From: Pseudomonadota bacterium
Lineage (GTDB): Bacteria; Pseudomonadota; Gammaproteobacteria; Burkholderiales; Eutrophovitaceae
Length of the DNA stretch: 33,200 nt
Assembly (NCBI GenBank): GCA_002704665.1
Contig: PAHB01000116.1
Coordinates: 7,429 to 40,628 of the forward strand
Direction of reading: 5' to 3'
Each line of letters opens with the position of its first letter. The first letter of the stretch is position 1. Below, one piece after another: positions 23,480 to 32,926 of the stretch. Both the position numbers and the translations under genes were made by a program. The notes below the pieces were generated by a model. The model was not told the DNA's origin. It made no database searches and saw only the letters and a program-made list of their open reading frames with translations.

Positions 23480-25228
23480 ATGAATCCTACAGAATTAAAT
23501 CATTCTTTACCTTTAAAAAATGCTTCCTTCGACACTTTAGCCGAAGCATTAGACTATGCCGCAAAAGGCGAGACAGGCTGTAACTTTTACGATGGAAGCG
23601 GTTCTCTACAATCGAAAATTTCTTATAAAGAGTTGCGGCTCGAGGCAGTTAAGTTAGCTAGAAAGCTGATTGGTCTAGGATTAAAGCGGGGCGCCCGTAT
23701 TGCGCTTATAGCAGAAACTAATCCATTATTTCATAAATTCTTTTTTGCTTGTCAATATGCAGGCTATGTTCCAGTGGCCCTTCCAGCGGGATTTCAAATT
23801 GGTGCTAGAAAGGCCTATGTGGAGCAACTTGAGAGAATGATGGATAGTTGTGGTGCTGACATTGCAATCGCGCCAGAATCTCATCTTGGATTTCTTAGAC
23901 AGGCAGTCGAAAGGTTAGATCTAGTAAAATATGGGTTGCCCTCGGATTTTGAAACTTTGCCTGAAACAGAAGCTCCTCTTAATCCTCTTAAATTGGACGA
24001 TATAGCGTACCTTCAATATACATCAGGAAGTACTCGCTTTCCGAGGGGCGTTGAGATAACCCAAAAGTGTGTAATGTCCAATCTTAGGGATATATCAAAT
24101 CATGGTCTTAAAATTGATAGAGATGACAGGATGGTTTCGTGGCTCCCGTTTTATCATGATATGGGTTTAGTTGGATTTGTGTTATTGCCTCTGGCAAATC
24201 AATTGTCTGCAGATTACTTGAGCCCGAAAACTTTTGCAATGCGTCCGCGATTGTGGCTCAAGCTAATTTCGGAAAATAGAGGAACGATCTCCTCAAGCCC
24301 CCCTTTTGGTTATGCTTTATGCGCTAAGAGACTGAGATTAACAGACCAAGACAAATATGATTTGAGCTCTTGGCGTGTTGCATGTGTGGGAGCGGAACGT
24401 ATTCATCCAGAACCTTTAAGAAGGTTTGCGCATGTCTTAAAAGCTGCGAATTTTAATCCAAAATCATTTGTCCCATGTTATGGGATGGCAGAGTGTGCGC
24501 TTGCTATAAGTTTCGCGCCGCTTGGAGAGGGATTAGATGCTATGGATTTAGATAAGGATCTGATGGCAAGAACTGGAGAAGCTAAGCTTATCTCGGCGTC
24601 GTCTCATAAAACAAACGAATCAACTCTTTCCTTTGTTAATTGCGGTAAGATACTCCCAAGTTTTGAGATGAGTATTCGTGATGATGCCGGAAATGAGCTT
24701 GAAGATTATGTTTGTGGTCGAATTTGTTTGAAAGGTGATTCTGTCATGTCTGGATACTTTCAAAACAAAGACGCTACCGAAGAGGTCCTGGATGAGGAAG
24801 GATGGTTGGACACTGGAGATATAGGCTTTAGGCTAGGAGATGAAGTGGTAGTGACTGCGAGGCGTAAGGATGTAATTATTGTGAATGGTAGAAATATTTG
24901 GCCTCATGATCTAGAATTTCTCGCGGAAAGTTTACCCGGTGTTCGTTTTGGAAACGTTTCTGCGTTCTCCTTTGCTGATGATATCGGGACTGATAATGTG
25001 GTAATGGTTGTTGAGTCAAGAGAAAGTAATCCAGCTAAAAGAAAGGAGTTGATTGAACAACTGCAATCATTAATCCTTTTGCATTTTGGTGTAAAATGCC
25101 TCATCAACCTAGTTCCTCCTAGAACACTACCACGAACATCTTCAGGCAAATTGTCTAGATCGAAGGCGAAGCAAGATTTCTTAGCCAGATATCAAAAGAG
25201 TCCAACAGCTGTTGGCTCATCTGAATAG
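23480..25228 (+). CDS. Adenylate-forming fatty acyl-AMP ligase / acyl-CoA(ACP) synthetase family protein
   Basis: AMP-binding cores YLQYTSGSTRFPRGV, TGDIGF and SSGKLSR. 582 aa. Confidence 0.9.
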   Translation: MNPTELNHSLPLKNASFDTLAEALDYAAKGETGCNFYDGSGSLQSKISYKELRLEAVKLARKLIGLGLKRGARIALIAETNPLFHKFFFACQYAGYVPVALPAGFQIGARKAYVEQLERMMDSCGADIAIAPESHLGFLRQAVERLDLVKYGLPSDFETLPETEAPLNPLKLDDIAYLQYTSGSTRFPRGVEITQKCVMSNLRDISNHGLKIDRDDRMVSWLPFYHDMGLVGFVLLPLANQLSADYLSPKTFAMRPRLWLKLISENRGTISSSPPFGYALCAKRLRLTDQDKYDLSSWRVACVGAERIHPEPLRRFAHVLKAANFNPKSFVPCYGMAECALAISFAPLGEGLDAMDLDKDLMARTGEAKLISASSHKTNESTLSFVNCGKILPSFEMSIRDDAGNELEDYVCGRICLKGDSVMSGYFQNKDATEEVLDEEGWLDTGDIGFRLGDEVVVTARRKDVIIVNGRNIWPHDLEFLAESLPGVRFGNVSAFSFADDIGTDNVVMVVESRESNPAKRKELIEQLQSLILLHFGVKCLINLVPPRTLPRTSSGKLSRSKAKQDFLARYQKSPTAVGSSE

Positions 25229-25248
25229 TTCTCTGGAATTACATCATC

Positions 25249-26157
25249 TTGAAAATCTTAATGACAGGTTCTACCGGCTTCATTGGTAAAAACATAGTCG
25301 AGGGCTTACTAAATCAAGGTCACCTCGTAGTTTCTATTATCAGAGAGGAAAATAAAAAAAAAATCTTTGAGTCCGACCGAAACCATTCTTTTATTGTTAG
25401 CTCTATTTCTAAATTTACCTCGAATTTGGTCGAAGCTTTTTCTGAAGCCGATATAATCATTCATTGTGCGGGATCTGTTAGAGGAAGAGGACCGGGTGAT
25501 TTTCAAACTGCCAACATTGATGCTATTCAAAATTTTATTAACCTTGCAAAAAAATTTACGACGAAGCCTCGTTTTATTTTAATTTCTTCCATGGCAGCTC
25601 GACAGCCAAATCTGTCAGATTATTCGTTTTCAAAATGGAAGGGGGAACAAGTCTTGCGTAATTCTCTTTTTAAATGGGTGATAGTGCGACCCACCGCCGT
25701 TTATGGGCCTGGTGACAAAGCGCTTACTCCTTTACTTAAAATGATTGCTAGAGGAATCTGCCCTAATATTTTCAGATCTTTTCAGAAGCTTTCAATTCTG
25801 CATGTTGACGATCTTGCTCTTGATATTGTCGAAGTCGTACAAAACTTTGAAAAATATCGATTCAAAACGTTTGAAATTCATGACGGTAAAGCTAATGGAT
25901 ATCAGTGGAGCGAAATTATTAAAGTATTAAGAGGAAAAAAAAGACTGATTATGATTCCGATTCCAATAAAGGTACTAAAATTAATTGCTATTATTAATTG
26001 TTATTTGTCAGTTATAGTTGGCTATAAGCCTATGCTCACATTAGGAAAAGTAAAAGAATTACATCATCCTGATTGGCGCTGTGATAATAGTTTAAAATAT
26101 TTAGAAACTAGATTAAAAAATAGGATTACATTAAACTGTAATGCAAGTGAGTTTTAA
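25249..26157 (+). CDS. NAD(P)-dependent epimerase/dehydratase-family (extended SDR) reductase
   Basis: ILMTGSTGFIGKNIV (GxxGxxG) and YSFSKWKGE (YxxxK). TTG start at 25249, or ATG at 25261. Confidence 0.85.
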   Translation: MKILMTGSTGFIGKNIVEGLLNQGHLVVSIIREENKKKIFESDRNHSFIVSSISKFTSNLVEAFSEADIIIHCAGSVRGRGPGDFQTANIDAIQNFINLAKKFTTKPRFILISSMAARQPNLSDYSFSKWKGEQVLRNSLFKWVIVRPTAVYGPGDKALTPLLKMIARGICPNIFRSFQKLSILHVDDLALDIVEVVQNFEKYRFKTFEIHDGKANGYQWSEIIKVLRGKKRLIMIPIPIKVLKLIAIINCYLSVIVGYKPMLTLGKVKELHHPDWRCDNSLKYLETRLKNRITLNCNASEF

Positions 26158-26189
26158 TAAATTCCCGTTGGAGTGATGGGTCATCGAAT

Positions 26190-26441
26190 ATGGAATTAGC
26201 AGAGATAACTAAAACTGTAATATCACTGGCGAGAAAAGTAGACGAAAAGAATATTACACTTACTCCAGAGTCGGCTTTAGTTGCCGATTTGGGGCTGGAA
26301 TCGGTGCAAATTATAGAATTTCTCTGCGAAGTTGAAGACCACTTTGATATTGTAATTGGGGAAGATAGCCTCGCTGACGTTGTCACAGTTTCTGATTTGG
26401 CAGAATTGGTATACCATTTAAGTAGGGAAAAAAAATTATGA
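26190..26441 (+). CDS. Acyl carrier protein
   Basis: 83 aa, acidic, with the phosphopantetheine attachment-type motif ADLGLESVQIIEF. Confidence 0.85.
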   Translation: MELAEITKTVISLARKVDEKNITLTPESALVADLGLESVQIIEFLCEVEDHFDIVIGEDSLADVVTVSDLAELVYHLSREKKL

Positions 26442-27637
26442 GTTTACTTTCAAACTTTGAGTTAGCAGAAAGCAGAAAAAAACAGCTAGAAGGACTTCCG
26501 ATAAACCCTACGGGAGTGGTTTTAGAAAAAATTGTTTCTCCAACCGAAGCTTTAATAAACGGAAAAATAGTAATTCTTGCTGGCACTAATAATTATCTAG
26601 GTTTAACTTTTAGTAAAGATTGCATCGACGCAGGAATCAGGTCTTTGGAGACACAAGGAACAGGAACCACAGGGTCTAGAATGGCAAACGGAACCTATTC
26701 CGGTCATCTAGAACTGGAGAGAGAGATTGCTGAGCTATATTCAATGCCATATTCAATGGTTTTTAGTACTGGTTATTCAGCCAATCTTGGCACAATGGCT
26801 GCATTACTGGATGAAAATAATGCTGTTCTTATTGACTCGGAAGCGCATGCCAGTTTGTTTGACGGATGTCGGATGTCTGGAGCAGAAGTCTTTCGTTTCA
26901 AACATAATGATCCTTCAAGCCTTGAAAAACGGCTTCAAAGATTGGGTGAAAGAGCTAACTCCACTTTAATAATTGTTGAAGGTTTGTACAGTATAAGAGG
27001 AGACTGTGCTCCCCTAAGAGAGTTTGCCGAGTTGAAAGAAAGTTATAATTCTTATCTTTTGGTTGATGAAGCCCATTCTTTAGGTCTTTATGGTCGTTAT
27101 GGAAGGGGTTTAGCTGATCAACTAGATATTCTCGATAAGACCGACTTTATAGTTGGCACTTTTAGTAAAAGCCTGGGTACTATTGGAGGTTTTTGTGTGA
27201 GCAAACACCCTCAATTAGGTCTATTTAAATATTCAAGCAGACCTTACATCTTTACAGCATCTCCCTCTCCTGCTGTTATTGCTTCAACAAGAAGTGCCAT
27301 TAAACTTATGAAAGAAGGAGATCATCTTCGTAAGAATGCATGGGAATCTGCGAGAAATTTACACGGGGCTCTTGAAAGTATTGGGCTTGATTTGCATCCA
27401 ATACCTAGTCCAGTTATTGGAGTATCCTTTCAGAGTGAAGAAGTAGCGATTCAGTTCTGGAATATTCTTCTTGAGTCTGGAATATATACTAATTTGATTT
27501 TACCGCCTGCAGCTCCTGGAGGTGGAGCGGTGATCAGATGTAGCGTTACTGCTGCTCACTCAGTTGAACAAATTAATAAAATTGGGGCATGTTTCAAATC
27601 GATAGCTAAAGAACTTGGGCTATCTAAAGCTGCCTAG
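26438..27637 (+). CDS. Alpha-oxoamine synthase family PLP enzyme (serine palmitoyltransferase / 8-amino-7-oxononanoate synthase / KBL-like)
   Basis: VDEAHSLG and PLP-lysine motif GTFSKSLGTIGG. 399 aa. Start overlaps the ACP stop (ATGA). Confidence 0.9.
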   Translation: MSLLSNFELAESRKKQLEGLPINPTGVVLEKIVSPTEALINGKIVILAGTNNYLGLTFSKDCIDAGIRSLETQGTGTTGSRMANGTYSGHLELEREIAELYSMPYSMVFSTGYSANLGTMAALLDENNAVLIDSEAHASLFDGCRMSGAEVFRFKHNDPSSLEKRLQRLGERANSTLIIVEGLYSIRGDCAPLREFAELKESYNSYLLVDEAHSLGLYGRYGRGLADQLDILDKTDFIVGTFSKSLGTIGGFCVSKHPQLGLFKYSSRPYIFTASPSPAVIASTRSAIKLMKEGDHLRKNAWESARNLHGALESIGLDLHPIPSPVIGVSFQSEEVAIQFWNILLESGIYTNLILPPAAPGGGAVIRCSVTAAHSVEQINKIGACFKSIAKELGLSKAA

Positions 27638-27639
27638 TT

Positions 27640-28524
27640 TTATCTAAAGCCTCCTTTTCTATAGAGCCTCCATAGCAGGCTCCAGGAAAATATTAAAGGA
27701 TACTTTCGTTGGAGTTTTGTTGGCTCTTCTTTTATCCCAGTGTGTCGCTCTATTTTCCATACTAGATAGTCTAGTGGGTTCTCAAACGTAAAAACTGCTT
27801 TTAGAAGACGCATAATGGAAAGGCCTTTGCCTATGAAAAACCGCGTTTGCCAAATAGCAGTTTTTTTTAGATAGTCGACTCTATTTGTATCGTTTAGCCA
27901 AAAGTCTTTTGCGTTTTTTAAAGAGCATTCTGATGCTACTGACTCGGTTAATAATTTAAGCTCTGATAAGGATGTTTTGATAATTGATTGTGGTGCAGTT
28001 CCTGATTCGCTTCGAAGCTCAGCGCTGTATGTTAATCTTAACGCGGTCTCCCACAGCATTTCGGTAGTGAATTTTTTTGGGAGCATAGGGACGCTTTCTG
28101 TAATCATCCTTTTTGTAGCTTGTTTAAAAGACGCTTCGAGTGCTTGCTTAATCTTGATATTTTTTACATATAAGATTTGCGTAGGTTGGGCGAATCTCGC
28201 CCAAAAGTAAGGGTGAAAATCATTAGTTACTCTTTTTTTAAACTGCTCTAAACCAATAACTGCAAACTTTACTCTAAAGTCTTTCGCAAGATTTTCACCC
28301 ACTTGCTGGTAAACATTAGGAGAAAAAAAGTTGGTCAAAATTTTATCTAATGACGAATCAAGATATTTATAACTGTCTACAATAATATACAGATCTACTA
28401 CTGTGTCCCTCTTTCCTCTTAGCCATGAGCCATATAAAATGATTGCTAGAGTACTGTCACCAAATTGGTTTAGGAGCTTTTCGGCAAAGTAATCAGGTAT
28501 TTCTTCTGTAGAATTTTCTGTCAT
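27640..28524 (-). CDS. Nucleotidyltransferase-fold protein, Mmp37/Tam41-like (possible phosphatidate cytidylyltransferase)
   Basis: ILYGSWLRGKRDTVVDLYIIVD (GS...D.D NTase motif). VKFAVIGLEQFKKRV...FWARFAQPTQIL resembles the Tam41 KYGV...aGRlqKPv block. Functional call is tentative. Confidence 0.5.
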   Translation of the reverse strand: MTENSTEEIPDYFAEKLLNQFGDSTLAIILYGSWLRGKRDTVVDLYIIVDSYKYLDSSLDKILTNFFSPNVYQQVGENLAKDFRVKFAVIGLEQFKKRVTNDFHPYFWARFAQPTQILYVKNIKIKQALEASFKQATKRMITESVPMLPKKFTTEMLWETALRLTYSAELRSESGTAPQSIIKTSLSELKLLTESVASECSLKNAKDFWLNDTNRVDYLKKTAIWQTRFFIGKGLSIMRLLKAVFTFENPLDYLVWKIERHTGIKEEPTKLQRKYPLIFSWSLLWRLYRKGGFR

Positions 28525-28581
28525 TGTGATGTAGCCGGTAGCTCGTATTAAAAAATAAATGTAATTTTAGCAATTATTTAG

Positions 28582-29490
28582 GTGAAAATGTTAAACTTTA
28601 TTGGAATTTTTGAAAAAGGGTTGCCAATGCGTTTTATCCACCTTACTGATTTGCATGGTTCAAGTCCGGTTGCAAAAAATTATTTTTCGAAACGTGCGCT
28701 CGGTCTATTTTCATGGAAAAAACGACGTCATTTGCAGCACAATAATCAATTTTTACGACTTTTAATTGATAATGTTAAAGCAGAAAAGCCAGATTTAGTG
28801 ATAATCACTGGAGATATAGTTCAGTTAGGCACAGAATCTGAGATTCAATCAGCAAAGAATTGGCTGTTAGAATATTTTGAAGGTTTACAGATTATGATTG
28901 TTCCGGGCAATCATGATAATTACGCACCTGATTCTTTGGCGTTTTTATTAAAGCATTGGTCTGAATTTTTGCAAATTTCAAGCGATTTTCCCTGGGTTCG
29001 AGAATTTAAAAACTTGGCCTTAGTGGGGTTAATGTCAGCCCAACCCATGCCTTTTTGGTCTGCACGAGGTGACTTAGGCGCAAGACAACTTGCGAAACTA
29101 AAAATAATTCTAGCTGAAAACAAAGATAAATTAATCTGTATGTTTATGCACCATCCACCTTATCTCGAAGGTATCAATCGTAGGAAAAGTTTGAAGATGA
29201 CTAAGCAGTTAGAGCAACTATTATCAGATTATCAGGTCGCATTAATCTGCCACGGACATCTTCATCGGAATATTGAATTCAACGGCCTGAATCCTACTAG
29301 GGTTTTTTGTACAGCATCTGCATCAGCTTGTTTGGGCGATAACTTGTCAAGTTATCGTATTTTTGAACTTGGCTGTGGACTTAAACAATCTGAAATTTCC
29401 ACTACCCTGAAACAACTAGAATTAAATTCCTTTTCCTATAGAACAATTTCGAAAAGATCGTGGACGGTTGCTAGAGAATTTCCTGATTAA
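28582..29490 (+). CDS. Calcineurin-like metallophosphoesterase
   Basis: HLTDLHG, TGDIV, VPGNHD, MHHPP and CHGHLH motifs. GTG 28582 in the ORF track; ATG 28627 (MRFIHLTDLH) is the likely true start. Confidence 0.85.
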   Translation: MKMLNFIGIFEKGLPMRFIHLTDLHGSSPVAKNYFSKRALGLFSWKKRRHLQHNNQFLRLLIDNVKAEKPDLVIITGDIVQLGTESEIQSAKNWLLEYFEGLQIMIVPGNHDNYAPDSLAFLLKHWSEFLQISSDFPWVREFKNLALVGLMSAQPMPFWSARGDLGARQLAKLKIILAENKDKLICMFMHHPPYLEGINRRKSLKMTKQLEQLLSDYQVALICHGHLHRNIEFNGLNPTRVFCTASASACLGDNLSSYRIFELGCGLKQSEISTTLKQLELNSFSYRTISKRSWTVAREFPD

Positions 29491-30548
29491 AATCTACTTT
29501 TTTTAATTAAGATTAGGCTAATAAAAATAATTAAAAAGGGTGGTAGAGTCCAAGATAAGCTTGAAGACCATCCAAGTATTTTATCGAAATTAGAAACTGT
29601 TTGGTGCAAGATAAAGAAAAGCATCGCACACAGGCCCGCTAATAAGTTACTTCTCGAGGTCTGTCGCGTACTTGAGGCGCTTCCCGCTATTGGTAGTGCG
29701 ATAAGGGACATTCCTATTAATGTAATTGGGAGGCTTAATTTCTTCCACAATTCCGAGCGAAATAAATTTTGACCAACTGATACTAATTCAGTTTTTGAAA
29801 GATAACGTATCAATGCCGATATACTAAGCGCCTGGGGAGGTATTGTCAGTCTTGCATATTCATTTTGATTAATAAAGCCTTGCCAAATTAAAGTCTCGTT
29901 TCTAACTTTTTTCATATCTTTACTATCTACAATTATCTTATCGACATTGAATAAGAGCCATTGATTCTCTTCTGATATAAACGCTTTTTCAGCCCTTATA
30001 ATATTCCTGATTTTCCCTTTTTTATCGAGCGTGAATATCTCAATTGATTGTGGTTGAGTATGATTTGATATATTGTTGATTGTAAGGATTTCGTTTTTTC
30101 TTTTTATCCAAATCTGTTCGGAGTTAATTGCAGTTCCCGCGATTGTTTTTGTTGAAATTTTATGAGCTTTAATCTGCATAGTAGGTATGACGAATTGATA
30201 GACAAAAAAACAAAAAATTGAAACAGCTAAACAGGAAAAAAAAAGCGGAAGAACCAAGTTAAATTTTGTAAACCCTGCTGTTCTTGCGACCATTAATTCG
30301 TTGGATTGTATTAAGGAACTAATTGCAATTACTGAACCAATTAGGAACGTAGAAGGGAGTAGATCAAAGATTAAATACGGAGCATTTAACGCAGTTACCT
30401 GAATAGCATTGAAAGCACTGAATGAACCTGTGCCCACATCGTTTAATCGTTCGATTAGGTCGAGCAGTAAAAAAATTGTAGCGAGTATGGCCAGCGCCAA
30501 GATTTGGAATCTTACTATAGTTTTACAGAAATAAATATTTAGTATCAT
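29487..30548 (-). CDS. lptG: LPS export ABC transporter permease LptG
   Basis: YjgP/YjgQ family with six predicted TM segments and a periplasmic beta-jellyroll region. NELMVARTAGFT resembles E. coli LptG SELVVMQASGFT. It is the second gene of the lptF-lptG pair. Confidence 0.8.
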   Translation of the reverse strand: MILNIYFCKTIVRFQILALAILATIFLLLDLIERLNDVGTGSFSAFNAIQVTALNAPYLIFDLLPSTFLIGSVIAISSLIQSNELMVARTAGFTKFNLVLPLFFSCLAVSIFCFFVYQFVIPTMQIKAHKISTKTIAGTAINSEQIWIKRKNEILTINNISNHTQPQSIEIFTLDKKGKIRNIIRAEKAFISEENQWLLFNVDKIIVDSKDMKKVRNETLIWQGFINQNEYARLTIPPQALSISALIRYLSKTELVSVGQNLFRSELWKKLSLPITLIGMSLIALPIAGSASSTRQTSRSNLLAGLCAMLFFILHQTVSNFDKILGWSSSLSWTLPPFLIIFISLILIKKSRF

Positions 30549-30549
30549 G

Positions 30550-31596
30550 CTAACGTATACTTTTGATTTTGCCGTAGTACAACACTAGGGATAACATAAA
30601 AATTGCTGGAATGAAAAAGATATTAGTAATCACCCCCTGCTCGACCCAACTTCTACCTAAACCGATGGCAATGTAGTAAGCTGAGTAGTAGATAATTGCT
30701 AAGGGAAGATTAGCAAATTTTCCACTTCTCGGTTCGATACGAAGGATAAAATAGCAGGTTATTATTAAAATAATCACTGAAATAGGTAAGCAGATCCTCC
30801 ATTGAAACTCTGCGATCTCAGCTTTATTTTTACTGTTGAAGAGCTTCAATGTACTGGTTTCCTTGATTTTTTTATCAATTTTTTCTTTAACTTTTTGCTT
30901 TATATGGATCTCCATTTCCCCAAAGCTGCCAATTACACTGTTCTCGTTGAAATAGTTTTTTATATACTGAGAATTTCGCATTTTAATAATACGCTTATCA
31001 TTTTGAGGTGGGCGAATAATATTGCCGGATTCCGAAGTGAATATTTCGACATCTTTCCCATTATCTAACTTGATGAAAATATTTTGAAGTTGATCCTTAG
31101 TTTTTTCTGTAAAAACGACTTCTTTTCCGTCATCTGAAATATAAAATTGCCCGGAATTAAGCTTTTCAAATTCCCATCGCTGACTTATATTTTCCTTTAT
31201 GTCATATAGCTTCGAGTAAGCTAAAGGTCTTAATATAATTGTTTCAATAGAAGTAAGTATTAAAATAAAGATGCTTATTACAATTACAAGAAAATAGATT
31301 CTTCTTTTCGAATATGTAAGAGTATTCATAGCTATTAGTTCATTAGATTGATTGAAATGACCAAATGATATGATGATTGAAAAATAGAGAGAAAGAGGAA
31401 TTAAAATGCCTAGTGAAATAGTTGTTTTTAACAGTGATACACTGATACAGTCTGACAAGGTAACAATGTCGGCACCTGCACTGCTAAGGAAAACCGTAAT
31501 TGAATACAGCCAAAAAAGAAAGGCCATTCCAAGTTGGCATAAAAAAAAATTTTTGGAAATTTCTTTTATGATGTATTTACCAATGATTTTAGCCAT
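30550..31596 (-). CDS. lptF: LPS export ABC transporter permease LptF
   Basis: YjgP/YjgQ family. N-terminus IGKYIIKEISKNF and ILIPLSLYF resemble E. coli LptF IIRYLVRETLKS / LILPLSLF. Its stop is 1 nt from the lptG start. Confidence 0.8.
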   Translation of the reverse strand: MAKIIGKYIIKEISKNFFLCQLGMAFLFWLYSITVFLSSAGADIVTLSDCISVSLLKTTISLGILIPLSLYFSIIISFGHFNQSNELIAMNTLTYSKRRIYFLVIVISIFILILTSIETIILRPLAYSKLYDIKENISQRWEFEKLNSGQFYISDDGKEVVFTEKTKDQLQNIFIKLDNGKDVEIFTSESGNIIRPPQNDKRIIKMRNSQYIKNYFNENSVIGSFGEMEIHIKQKVKEKIDKKIKETSTLKLFNSKNKAEIAEFQWRICLPISVIILIITCYFILRIEPRSGKFANLPLAIIYYSAYYIAIGLGRSWVEQGVITNIFFIPAIFMLSLVLYYGKIKSIR

Positions 31597-31619
31597 AGAT
31601 TTTTGACAAATATTGTTTT

Positions 31620-32144
31620 ATGAAAAATAAATATTACCCTTTTTTAACTTTTGATCAAACCTTCTTGTTTTTTATAATCCTGGTGTTTATTGCTTGGAAT
31701 TTTATGGCGGCCAACTCTTTTGCGTCCGAGTCGGAGGCAACTATTAGATCACAAGTTATAAGGGTGGTGGCGGATAAAGTGAAGAAAGATGTTAACGATG
31801 GCTTGATTTTTAGTGGAAAAGTAATTGTTTATAACGAGGAATGGGAGGTTCGCGGAGCAAACGGTACTCTACATGAGGAAATTGATAAATCACAAATAAT
31901 AAAGGTTGCGGGTAACCCCGCAGTAATAGAAACCAAAGCTCATAGTCAATACGGTAAATCACTCGGTTCAGCAAAAGAGTTAATATTGTATTTGGCGGCT
32001 GATAAGTTAGAGTTGAAAGGAAATGCTCAATTAAATTCAAAATCAGAAAGTTTACGCGCAAATTTAATTTACTACGATATTTCTACGCGAAGAATGAAGA
32101 CCAAGGGCTCTAGAGTAAAATTTATTTCGGACAAAAAAGATTAG
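31620..32144 (+). CDS. OstA/LptA-family periplasmic protein
   Basis: Signal peptide (cleavage near SFA-SE). Repeated beta-strand pattern with ADKV...GKVIVYNEEWEVRGANG..., GNPAVIE and ADKLELKGNAQL...LRANLIYYD, typical of the OstA_N fold. 174 aa. Confidence 0.55.
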   Translation: MKNKYYPFLTFDQTFLFFIILVFIAWNFMAANSFASESEATIRSQVIRVVADKVKKDVNDGLIFSGKVIVYNEEWEVRGANGTLHEEIDKSQIIKVAGNPAVIETKAHSQYGKSLGSAKELILYLAADKLELKGNAQLNSKSESLRANLIYYDISTRRMKTKGSRVKFISDKKD

Positions 32145-32190
32145 AAAGTCTTTTTAATAGATTTGAATTTTATATAAAAAAACGTCAAGT

Positions 32191-32925
32191 TTAATTTCTA
32201 TTTCGAATGGAGGCATTCCACTTCTTTAAATTTCTTAAAGGGTCCTTTACGTAGTGACTAGATTGAACGATTGCGAGTAAGGATTTATTGAAAATCCTGC
32301 CAATCCGATCCATTGGTCTGTCCAAATCAATAAAAAGAACAGCTCGATATTCGCTGGTGTTATTTTCAACCTCATGTTCAAAGGTATCGTCAAAGAACAT
32401 ACAGGTCCCTGCTTCCCAGTATTTTTTTTGTTTGTCCACCCTAATCCAGCAGGAATATTTATCCTCTGGTATAAGTAATCCCAGATGACAACGAATGAGA
32501 GCACGTGTTGGCCCTCTGTGTGGAGGTATCTTATATCCTGGCGCTAAAATAGAGAACCAGGCGTTTTGTAGTCCGTCAATGCTTTTTAAAATCTTTGTCG
32601 TATCAGGGCAAAGCTTGCAATTTTCCGTAACTTCGTTAGCAAAAATAAATAATGCAAAGGTTTTCCATTTTTTTCCCTTTGAAATTCTTTTTTGATCAGG
32701 AGAAATTTCATGAAAGGATGGAATTTGATCGGGATGCTCCCAAACTTGTTTAAATTCTTTATTGATTTTATCCCAGTTTTGTTCTAAATTTTTCGCGCAT
32801 TCGAAGTGTGAATTTTCTAGAAAAGGAGTACAGGGTAGTTGGGAATGTTTTCCTTGAAATTCACCGCAATATCTTAGTAGCTTTTTCCCGCATTGGTGAA
32901 TGAAGCTCCTTAAATAAGATTTCAT
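32191..32925 (-). CDS. Aspartyl/asparaginyl beta-hydroxylase family Fe(II)/2-OG dioxygenase (LpxO-like)
   Basis: PPHRGPTRALIRCHLGLLIP and FFDDTFEHEVEN match the Asp_Arg_Hydrox family. The ORF track starts at TTG 32940; ATG 32925 is likely. Confidence 0.8.
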   Translation of the reverse strand: MKSYLRSFIHQCGKKLLRYCGEFQGKHSQLPCTPFLENSHFECAKNLEQNWDKINKEFKQVWEHPDQIPSFHEISPDQKRISKGKKWKTFALFIFANEVTENCKLCPDTTKILKSIDGLQNAWFSILAPGYKIPPHRGPTRALIRCHLGLLIPEDKYSCWIRVDKQKKYWEAGTCMFFDDTFEHEVENNTSEYRAVLFIDLDRPMDRIGRIFNKSLLAIVQSSHYVKDPLRNLKKWNASIRNRN

Positions 32926-32926
32926 C

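Noticed and set aside
16164-32695. Further nested or antisense ORFs in the right half. Examples: 16164..16476, 16947..17138, 18623..18997, 21754..22053, 24904..25149, 25309..25930, 26126..26586, 26727..26969, 27977..28210, 28920..29123, 30802..31068, 31406..31606, 31810..32061, 32247..32695.
   Set aside because: Same reasoning: each lies inside a well-supported gene (alpA, int, glnS, imuB, acyl-AMP ligase, SDR, ACP/synthase, NTase, phosphoesterase, lptF, LptA-like, hydroxylase).
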